DNA of 62,881 nt, the filler included, from Choristocarpus tenellus KU-1152 (lineage: Eukaryota; Protista; Phaeophyceae): assembly GCA_964200185.2 (NCBI GenBank). It is 12 parts of 12 records of this genome, joined end to end, with 100 filler letters (N's around TTAATTAATTAA, not from the genome) between each part and the next. Parts side by side here need not be neighbours in the genome. Positions count along the whole stretch, not along the records: positions 53,171 to 58,744 come from CAXNAD020010376.1; positions 58,845 to 62,881 come from CAXNAD020016550.1; 10 more parts are not named here. One strand, written 5' to 3'. The notes below the pieces were generated by a model, which had not been told where the DNA came from, made no database searches, and saw nothing but the letters and a program-made list of their open reading frames with translations. The position numbers and the translations under genes were made by a program. Shown here in pieces: positions 53,071-62,881 of this stretch. Each line of letters begins with the position of its first letter. The stretch's first letter is position 1.

Positions 53071-53818
53071 NNNNNNNNNNNNNNNNNNNNNNNNNNNNNN
53101 NNNNNNNNNNNNNNTTAATTAATTAANNNNNNNNNNNNNNNNNNNNNNNNNNNNNNNNNNNNNNNNNNNNAAGAGCCGGGGGGGGGGTCAAGTCTTGGGC
53201 TTCCTCTCCTAACCACTTCAAGAATCCAGGACCACCACATCCATGTATGGTTGCGTTGTTGAGGCATGTCTTGCATTCCATGAAACTGTGCTTCTGCATT
53301 CCTTCATGGACCTTGCCACATATAGGCGATGGGAATGGCTTCAGATGACTAGCAGTCATCCTTGAACCACAAGTGTTCTTCAGTCTCCTGAGCACCCATG
53401 ACACTACAGCATTCAACACGAAGCCTATGCCCATAACCGCATCCTCACAAGCCATGATTCAGTGTTCCAAGAATCTTGTATTGATATTGACTCTCTAGCG
53501 TTAGACATGACGGTGGAGTGGTGTGATGGTGATACTGGGAGGTCTTGTACAATACATAGAATCGGCATAATTGAAATGAAATCGGTAGTATAAAACTCGC
53601 AACAACCACAGTTGTGCGGTTCTTTTTTTCCCATTCAGATTTTCAGCGAAAAGCAAAACCAAACAGCAAAAAAAACATTCGTATACGAGTTGACCTTACT
53701 CCATATAATAGATATCAATGAATATTTTGTTTTGCTCGCGAATTCTGGATTATTATTATCCTTTTATTCTGTGTTCGCAATTTACCCAATTCCCCTTTCC
53801 CTCCCCATTATACCCCCA

Positions 53819-54160
53819 CTTATGACCACCCAGTGCGACCTCTTTGCCACTGATTTCCCGTCCTCCCCCTCATTTGCGATGGCCAACCAATGCAAACCCA
53901 TTTTACCGCTGATCTCCAGCCAACGCCCACCTCTGATCACCAACCAGGGTGAACCCCCTTTGCCGCTGGTTTCCTAGTTACCCCCCACATCTAATGACCA
54001 ACCAGTGCAAGCCCCCTTCGTCACTGATTTCCAGTGATCCACACATCTGATGACCAACCAGGGCGAACCCCCTTTGTCACTGATTTCCAGTCACCTCCCA
54101 CATCTGATGACCAACCAGTGCGACCCCTTCGCCACTGATTTCCGGTCACCCTCCCCACCC
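53819..54160. repeat. About 57-bp minisatellite, 6 diverged copies
   Basis: Unit CTGATGACCAACCAGKGCGAACCCCYTTYGYCACTGATTTCCAGTCACCTCCCACAT starting at about 53819, 53876, 53933, 53991, 54047 and 54104. Confidence 0.9.
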
Positions 54161-54232
54161 TTCAACCCCACACCATTTACCACTCCATTCTCCCCACACC
54201 ACTCAACACCACTCCACAATAATACAAGAACA

Positions 54233-54487
54233 GATCCAAAGTATCTTAGAGGGTAGAGTCGCGTCCATTTGGGGGCCAAAATCTAATGTTGTGATTTTGA
54301 TGTAATTTTGGCTATCATGTTTGTTAAGAAGTGTCAATATCCTTGTTGCGGAGACACCTTTTCATAATGTAGACATTTTACCTACTCCGAAATATTTTGG
54401 AGTAGGAAAATGTCATAAAAACGAGGGAAGCCAAGCCCCAAATGGACAAACAGGGCAAAACTCGTACCCTCCAAGATACTTTTACTC
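54233..54487. mobile_element. MITE family B, full length
   Basis: GATCCAAAGTATCTTAGAGGGTAG…TACCCTCCAAGATACTTTTACTC; flanks AACA/AACG. Confidence 0.9.
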
Positions 54488-54904
54488 AACGCCCCTTCAT
54501 CATCCACTTCATACCGTGCCTTTGAGCTAGAAAACATCTACCCCGCCCGAACTTGACCTCCCCTCCCTTTTTCCCAGCATCCCCACCGGTCGTGAGCAAG
54601 CGACAGGGTGGGTGGGCGGGAGGGCTTGCTCGGAGGTTGTCTTGTTCTCGCCCTTCTCGTCTTGTACCCCTAGCCCTCCGCAAAGTTTTCATTACTGACC
54701 TTTCCTTCTTCCCCTGTACCTCCACCTACCACTCATTTCTTTAACTTCTCTCCTCCCTCTCTTAGCCCCTCATTACTTAACTATTCGTTCCCTTCTTGCT
54801 AATTCTTATTCTTCTCTCTGTCCCCTCCCTTCCCCTGTGCCCCCAACCAACCAGAATTCTTCCGTCCACAAACCTCAGGTTACTTCATAAACTTTCCCTT
54901 TCAT

Positions 54905-57490
54905 GAAATAGAAATAGTTCAAAAAATGCTTGGTCACCATTATCATATTAACTATTTTTCACCCTAATGGACTTCTACCTTGGACATGATGGATGAACAC
55001 ACATTCAAAACGCCTGATTAGTGACCAAGCATTTTAGAGCCAATTCTAAACTCTTGGCACCTTTAATATAGAGAAAATAACTAATTTAGCTGGCAAATGG
55101 GTGTATAAGAACTGGAACAGGTCTTTTTGTTTTTGAACGTGATCTTTTCGGAAATATAACAATTGTGTTGAATTCAATGTGGAATTTTTCGGAATCGGAA
55201 CACAATTTTTTATTGATTGTTTGACACTAGAAGAATCTTACCAGCATAATTCTGACGCGGCGGTAACCACAAAAACAGAGTAGGGCAGGTACTGTAGGAC
55301 AACAACAGAGTGTTCTATATTGGACAAAAAAGCTCCAACAGAGCACGCGCACTCGCACGACATGGTGCGAGACAAGGCCTCATTCCAACAAGTTCCTCTT
55401 CAGCTTTAAACTATATTATGCATGTGAAAATCCATTTCTGTTCTGTCTTACAAAATTCAATAATCATTATATAGGAAAGTTCACTTTGGGTATCAATAAC
55501 TCTACTCTGGCCTTAAAAATCCCTGTGTTTTGACCCATGAGCATATGTGCAGTTTTATATGATGAAGAGTCTTCTAGATGTCAAACGTTCAACAAAACAC
55601 GGTACTCCTATTCTGAAAAATACTCAATGCCACAAAAATCAGCACCTTTATCATCGTTCCAAAAAAGATCACCTTCAAGGACAAAAAGACCTGTTCCACT
55701 TCTTATGCACCTCGTCGTCCAATTGATTTCGATGTTTATTCTAGACCGTTGTATCAAAGATGGCAAAGATTATAGAAATAGTTCAAAAGATTGTTGGTCA
55801 CTATTCCCTCTCATATCAGTATTTTTCACCCCTCAGACTTCATGGACTTAATTGACAAACACATCACCACAAGTGTTGGAAGCGAATACTGTCTCAGTTG
55901 TCCTGGTAGAAGGGCAGGATGCATGAAGAGTCAAGACTTCAAGCCTCGCTATTATCAATGCCTGGCTGCCATTTTAGGTCTAATGGGGCATTGTAGTGGT
56001 GTGTTTGTTGATTTAGTCCATGGTGAAGTCTGAGGGGGTGAAAACTACTGAATATGAGAGAGAATAGTAACCACACATTTTTTTACTTCTAGATCATGAG
56101 AGATATTCGTTGAATCTATTGTATAGAGTAAACAATTGATTTAGCGGACTAGAGTTTTTCTAAGAAATAGAAAATGTATTTTCATCCCTGAACGGTGGGT
56201 GATCTTTTTGGAAAGATATTGGTTGTGTTGATTCTTAATGCATGACTTTTTCATGGAATGACAAGACAATTTGGTTGAACATTTGGCACCTAGAAGAACA
56301 CTTCCATTGCATAAGACCTGACTGACACTTCTTTTGGCAAGCGTTTTTCTGACGGAATGTGAATCATGAATCATACATATCCGTCCACTTCCAGTCCGAC
56401 CCACATTCCTCATTCCAGCATCAAACCTCTTCTGGGCAACCAGTCACCACAACAACAGAAAGGAAGCACTGCATATAGGCGCACGTGGAATATACTCCAA
56501 CTAGTCTTCCCAAAAGTTTGATGTTAGCCCCAATGAGGCATTGCGGTGGTGTTTTTGTCAGTTAAGTCCACGGAGAAATCTGACCCAAAGCATTTAAGAG
56601 GGAAAGGGCCGTGTCCGTTCGGGATAATGGTCCAATGTTGCGATTTTGATTATTTTTGGCTATCGTGTTTGTTAGCAAGTGTTCATATCCTTGCTCCGGA
56701 CACACCTTTAATAGTCGTATACATTTTAGGTGACTGTGTTCATACAGAAAACAGAAAAGGGGCATAAAAAACCTGCGGAAAGCCAAGCCCCTAACGGACA
56801 AACAGGGCAAAACTCCTAACCTCCTAAATGCTTCGGGTTTTTGAGGGGATGAAAAATACTGAATATAACAACAATGACAAAGCATTTTTTGAGCTATTTC
56901 TAAACTCTTCACATCTTTAGTATAGAATAAAAATGAATTTGGTGGACGAAAAGATGTATAAGATCTGTTCCTGAACGTGATCCTTAAAGAAAGATGATAA
57001 TTTTGTAGATGTTTTTTTGCATTGATTTTTTGCTGAATATGAACGCAAAGTTTTGTTGACCGTTTAACACCTTTGAAGAATCTTCATCACATATAACCCC
57101 ACAAACGTTTATTGGTCAGTTGTTTGAACGGAACTTGAATCAAGACTCGTAAGTGTCTATTCAGTTCCAGTCTGACCCTCCTTCGCCATTCGGGCATTGA
57201 ATTCCTTCTGATGCACCAGTCACCACCACAACAGAGCGGGGCAGGAACAGTAGGACAGCATAGTGCTCTTTATCGGTAGTAAAATGCGATCCGAGCACAC
57301 ACGCGCGCACGACACGGCGCTAGATTGGGCCTCCTTTCAACGAGGTTCTCACCAGTAGCAGAGCACACCATGCATTATAAAATTTCCGATCTTATTCCCT
57401 CTCACAAATAGAATGGCCAAAAATTCCAATTTCTAGGAATGTCGCTCTGGCTTTCATTGGGCAATTTGAATTTAAAAGATCCTCTGTTTC
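54905..57490. mobile_element. Cluster of long-TIR foldback element copies
   Basis: Diverged arms at 54905-55528, at 55545-55875 inverted against 55990-56460, and at 56840-57490. Shared blocks include GAAATAGTTCAAAA…GGTCAC, GTGATCTTTT and CAGTCACCAC…ACAGA. Confidence 0.7.
56582..56838. mobile_element. MITE family C
   Basis: GACCCAAAGCATTTAAGAGGG…CCTCCTAAATGCTTCGGGT. Confidence 0.85.
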
Positions 57491-58400
57491 AAGAGGATAG
57501 ACGTAGCTTGTGCAGTTCTGGTCGCAAATGCTAGTATCCCAGGTAAATCACAATAGATGTGACAGTTTAGTGCACGCAATAGGGTGGTAACTGGTTGGAT
57601 ACCCCACACCAAAATCAAAGGGGGATGCACCGGGTCTACGTGAACAGTCATAGATTGTACTTTAACTGTCACCGACATTGTTATTCCTTGGAATATCCGT
57701 GCTGAAATACATTATTATGGTTCATGGTAGGGGTGATGCTTAAGCACGAATTTATGTAAAGTCGTAATTGGAGGATCTAGGGTGATAATAGAGTGATAAC
57801 TAGGGATGGATACAGTCATGTGGAGTCATTATTCGGCGATCCGTTGTAGTTATGCTACTCTGGCTGCAAACTTGGATATTCCTGGACATACGTTGAGCAA
57901 TTGACAGATTAACCCATTTGTCGGGTGATCACAGGTTTGATATCCCATGAAAGTAATACATCACGTCGTTCTTGTTACCAACATTGTTCGTCTCAGTGCA
58001 TTGATGATGAAATTGAAAGATTCGGGCTTATTGTAGGGTATACTTAGTGCGTTACTTCGTGAAAGAGTAATAATTGGAGAACCTAGGTGAGGATTGGTAA
58101 CTAGGCATAGATATACTTCTTCAGTGTCCTTCATAAACGATCAGTTTTAGTTTTATCCTGCTCCAATCCCAGACTGGGATATCCCTCGGCATTGCGATGA
58201 AACTAACAGATTAGGTCACATTATGGGGTGGTCCTGGTTAGATAGCAGTGGAAGTCACAATTGGGGTTTGTTGTAGATCTGATCAGTAGTAGATTGTGTT
58301 GGTCCTGTCACAAACATTATCAACCATTGGCATCCGTGGTAGAATCGGCGGAATAGTACACATCGTCAGGTGGTATCCAGTTGGATAATGTATGAAATTC
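57490..58400. repeat. Highly diverged tandem repeat with a period of about 300 bp
   Basis: Blocks TAATTGGAG…CTAGG…TAACTAGG…GGATAT…ACAGATTA…GGGTG…GGTT.GATA recur at about 57765-57950 and 58071-58250, and partially at 57520-57605. Confidence 0.6.
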
Positions 58401-59813
58401 GTACCTGGGGGACTCAGAGGGATAGCAGGGTTTGTATATATAGTTATATGAACATGTTTATGTTGAACTATCCCACACTGAACCCGCGGCTTTTATGGTG
58501 CTTTAATGAAAGACAAAGACACTTGATATAGATGAACAATGTTAGTAATACAAGGGCCTTTCTGGTCTCGATTCCGCTGACTGAGAAGATGGGTAAGACC
58601 AGTGCAGTCTCCATGTGGAATTTGCAACGTCCACAAGGATAATCAGAAAAGAATCATATCTACTTATAACACGTGCCACACATGATATATCAACTATGAT
58701 CAAATATCAGGTCCCTACCATACACGAACTACCATACATAAACGNNNNNNNNNNNNNNNNNNNNNNNNNNNNNNNNNNNNNNNNNNNNTTAATTAATTAA
58801 NNNNNNNNNNNNNNNNNNNNNNNNNNNNNNNNNNNNNNNNNNNNCCCTTCCACGTGAATGCCTCTTTTCATGTAGGTTTTTTTTATGATTTTTTTTATGA
58901 TTTTTTTTTTTTTTGTGCCTGAATGTACCCTGTACCATTGCGTGGGAGCAGTGACTGCATGTGACATCCCTGGTTTGTTGGCTGTTGTAGTGTATGCTAC
59001 TGTGTGTGTGAGGGAGTGTGAGGGAGTGAGTGAGATGATTAGGCCTGGTACGTGCGTTTCTGCGTGTCTCTTGGTGATGTGTGTGCCTGTTGGCTGCTGC
59101 TGTTGTGGTTTTTGGAAGAATAGGTGAATGTGTTGTGTTTACTTAGAGATGTCCTGTTTGTTAGTGGATTAGTTAGGATCGTTGGCGCATTTTGTGTCAA
59201 TGATCAATGAGGAAGTGAAATAGGGTTGCGGTGATTGGTTGTTTCTGCCAAGGAAGTGCTGCTATGTTTTTTTGGTGGTGTTGCACGTTGTGGTGGTGTG
59301 TTACACGAGATTTGTTTTTTTGTTCGAAGCAAAAATACTTTTGTTTAATGTGTTTTATTTTTTCTGCATGAATTTTTTTTTATGGGTTTGTGCTGTATGT
59401 GTTGATTGTGGTCTTTTTTTAGTTCTTTTGTAACCTCTGACCTCTGTGTTGTACATTCTGCCCCCCCCCCCCCCGACCCCCAAACACCATCTGCTACACT
59501 ATTTTCTTTTTCAATAAAGAGCATGACTTGAAGAGGAAGGCCCAGGACTTGGGGGATTTTTATTTTGTGGATTTGGTTGTGGTACTGTTTTTATGTATCT
59601 ATCCATTGTGGGTTTTGTAACTGTCCTGAGGTGTTTGTGTACGAAGGCCTCTTTAGGAAGATAACAGGTACAACCGCTCCAAACTTTTGCACTTCACTTT
59701 CTTTGCAAGGACCTGTATTGCTTCATGATCATCTATCTGCTTGAACCCGCATTGTCACAATGTACCCGTACATACATTTATGACTAACACGATGTTATTC
59801 TATTTCATGACAG

Positions 59814-60604
59814 CGCAATATTGCCGGGGCTCGAGACCCTGAAGTGCTGTCTTTGTTTTCAAGTGCGATTGAAAAGTTGGGTAGCCACATTGCTCAGAGT
59901 GTACCAAGGATCATGGAGGCAGTGTTTGAGTGCACATTGCAGATGATCACCCTCAACTTTGAGGTATGAGTATAGATGGGGAGGGGGGGAAGGCATTAGT
60001 TAGTTTTGTTCAGGAAGGGTTGGGGAGGGGGGAGGGGGGGGCGGGGGGGTATATGAACTCATTTTCCAGCAGTCCTGAGTTACCCTGTAATAGTGATTCA
60101 TGAGGCGTGCCGGTTGTTGGGAGGCCCAGATTCACAGGGGGATGAATTTCCCGAAACGAACTTTGTAATTAATTTATTATTTTATTAGCAAAGCCTTTTT
60201 GTTTTTATTGGTTAGAAGCATGTAACTGTCTGTTTGCATTATCTCTGTATGTAATATATAATATATAATATATGTCTTCTTTTTTTGTCAGGACTATCCG
60301 GAGCACAGATTAAAGTTCTTCACGTTCCTCAAGGCCGTGAACACGCACTGCTTTGGTGCTCTGTTTGAGATACCACCGGAGCACCAGAAGCTAGTGGTGG
60401 ACAGTGTGGTGTGGGCCTTGAAGCACACAGAGCGAAACATCGGTGGGTAGTAGAACTGCACTAGCGCTAGTGTGGTTGAAGGAGAGGAGCGGAATATGAG
60501 AGAGGTGTTAAGAGTCGTACCTTTTTTCTTCGTTGTTGAAAAACAGTTTTATTTTTTATTGTTGTGTGAATCTCATCTCGCAGGGTCTCTCTTCATCCCC
60601 CCCC

Positions 60605-60639
<35 letters not shown>

Positions 60640-62519
60640 TCCTTCTTTTTTTCTCTTTTTTCGTNNNNNNNNNNTTTTCTTTTGTTGTTCCATCATCTCG
60701 GACCTTTTTTTCCCCCCCCCCCCCCCCCCTCCCAAACGCCCTGCACCTTTGTGGTTAATATTTTTCTGCAGCTGAAACCGGGCTAGAGATCCTGCATGAG
60801 TTGTTGCTTAATGTGGGTAAGACTCCAGCGGTGGCACAGGGATTCTACCAGCAGTTCTTGCTCTCCCTCATTCAGGTGGGGTTGGCCTTGGGGGTCAGTC
60901 AGTCAAGGGGTGATGATGAGTGAGAGTTTGGTGGAAGGGTGTATGTAGTATGGAGAGGGTCACTTGCATTGTCCACGTTATTTTTTTGATGTTTAGTTTT
61001 GATAGTTTTATTTTTTGTATTGCTCACTACCTCTTTTATGTTTTTTTATACTTGATGTTGATCTTGATGGGGTAGCTTTTTATGTTCGGGGTGTTTGCTG
61101 TTTCTTTTATTTTTTTGTATACATGTATGTTTGTATGTCCCTGACTGCTTTGCTGCCTGAGAATACTCAAATAGGGGTAGTCTAGGTGAAGAGCATGATG
61201 TACTCCCATGTACTAAAGATTGTGTTTACCTATAAACATAGGTGTCGTGGCTACAGAGCACCCCAGATTATTATGAGATTAGGGGGGTAAGCAAATCTAA
61301 CCCAAATGTACCGTGAATGAAGTAACTGTAAAAATAAAAATAAAATAACTGTAAAAGGTTGTTTTGGTCCGTTGCGCTGTAGGTCCTAACCCCCGTGGCC
61401 TGTGGCACCTAGTGAACTGAGGGTATGATGGTGTGCATGGTTTGGTGTGAAGAGCACGTTGGGATAGGGGATGTGGAGCAGCAATCTAATGACAGGATGT
61501 GCCTGAAATTTTGAAATCAAAATTATATTTTTTTGTATTGTTGGCAGTGTGTATCATTTAAGGGGTGCATAGGGAGGGAGGGAGGTCTAAGGCAAAGTGA
61601 CTTGTTAGGTTACTGCTTGTAGAAAGTCGAGCAAGATATCTTTGCCGTTCTACACGGTTTGTTTTTTAATGTTTAAAGAATAGCTTTGGGGGGTTATGGG
61701 TGTAAGACTGTGCAAAGGAGTGTGTGTGTGTATATTGGATTGTTCACTTGACTCTTTTTTTTTCAGATACAAATCCTTTTTTTATTTTGTGATTTGTGTA
61801 GGGAGTACGGGAAGGTGGAAGGCTTTCCTGCGCCGCAGTGTTTACTGTTTTTGAATCTTGGTCAGATTTTGTAGGCTCATGAGGTAGATAATGGCTGTGT
61901 CAGGTCAGGTCAGGTCTGTGTCGAGAGCTTTCATTGAACATGATGTGCTGAGGTTGGTCTTACGAGTTTCAAATTAAAGAATCACATCCAACTCCCAATT
62001 CCTGCTTTATTCCCCCACCCCCACCCCCATCCCATCCTAACCACTTTTACAGGATATACTAGCGGTGATGACAGATCGACTTCACAAGAGTGGCTTCAAG
62101 ATGCACGCCACCCTGTTACGACATATGTTCCATCTTGTGGAGGCAGGTCATGTTACTCTGGAGCTGTTCGACCCACAGCAGAATCCAGGGATCACGGTGA
62201 GAGGTGAATGGGAAGGGGTAAGGGGAGGGGGACTGTGACGCTTTTTATCTGACAAGTCTGTGAAGCCATACATGACCCTTGATGTTAATTGCTGTCTCAG
62301 CAACGTAACACGTGTTTTTTTTTCCAATGTGTTTGGTGATCGCTGGGTACACAGACCAACCAGCAGTACGTGGCAGATTTTGTGGGGAATCTTCTTCTGT
62401 CTTCTTTCCCCAACCTCACAAAGGCTCAGGTGGTCAGGTTTGTGTCTGGGCTGTTCAACGTTGATATGGACCTCAACTCCTTCAAGATGCTCCTTCGAGA
62501 CTTCCTTGTCACACTGAAG
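59814..62519 (+). CDS. XPO1: Exportin-1 (CRM1) C-terminal region, five internal exons; both gene ends missing
   Basis: Phase-consistent GT-AG exons: 59814-59963 ([15 protein letters not shown]...[13 protein letters not shown]), 60292-60442 ([10 protein letters not shown]...[11 protein letters not shown]), 60772-60875 ([12 protein letters not shown]...FYQQF), 62053-62196 ([19 protein letters not shown]...) and 62355-62519 (...SSFPNL...[13 protein letters not shown]). These match the CRM1 C-terminal domain. A branch-point-like TGACTAAC lies at 59781. Confidence 0.96.
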
Positions 62520-62822
62520 GTAATCGGTGCGGGTTTGAAGTTGAAGTTGAAGTTGAAGTTGTCTTAAGTCTCGAGAGTGTTGTGACTCCCTTTTTTTTTC
62601 CTTTGAGTTGTAAGTAGCCCCTCTACTCCTTGTCAAAATGTGCATTGCCATTTGAGGGAGTATCCTCCGTGATCTGTTCAACTAGTTACACGCTGGAAAT
62701 ATATTGAACCCGTTGCTACCCCCCTCTTCTTGCCTTCAGGCCTCTTGTGTGCTCCATGAGTTATTTCTGTTCATTACCTCCCAAAATATTTCCAGTCACC
62801 TATGAGTTTTTCCTGCCCCACC

Positions 62823-62870
<48 letters not shown>

Positions 62871-62881
62871 CCCCCCCCCCC

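Noticed and set aside
53171-53620. Cys/His-rich minus-strand ORF as a zinc-finger or transposase fragment
   Set aside because: It is truncated by a linker and has no motif I can assign with confidence.
10504-58844. Recurrent palindrome TTAATTAATTAA within N runs
   Set aside because: An identical 100-nt construct occurring 11 times is an artificial all-frame-stop contig linker. Neighbourhood or cluster arguments across it are invalid.
62148-62681. 177-aa minus-strand ORF
   Set aside because: It is the antisense shadow of XPO1 exons and introns.

Overview
Eukaryotic nuclear DNA from an intron-rich genome; the gene style and TTAGGG-type repeats suggest a stramenopile or brown-alga-like organism (inference). 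The window is not one locus. It is 12 short contigs joined by 11 artificial 100-nt linkers (N44-TTAATTAATTAA-N44), so adjacency across linkers means nothing. Spliced gene fragments I can recognise: TAF5 (last three exons), exportin-1/CRM1 (five C-terminal exons), a protein with a CAF-1 p150/Cac1-like winged-helix domain, a triose-phosphate-translocator-family transporter, a MAPEG-like membrane protein (possibly a tandem fusion), and two low-complexity 3' gene ends. The rest is mostly mobile DNA: a dense set of related MITEs sharing AAAGTATCT termini, a decayed plant-type mariner transposase, a decayed Copia-like LTR/gag, long foldback elements, SINE/LINE remnants and minisatellites. The most notable patterns are three. 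(i) Intron-containing pseudogenes keep their splice sites and frame but carry several stops that single C-to-T changes would explain, alongside mosaic CpG depletion. (ii) Introns are G-rich at the 5' end and C-rich at the 3' end, with microsatellites at their edges. (iii) A possible tandem MAPEG. No prokaryotic system or CRISPR array is present.
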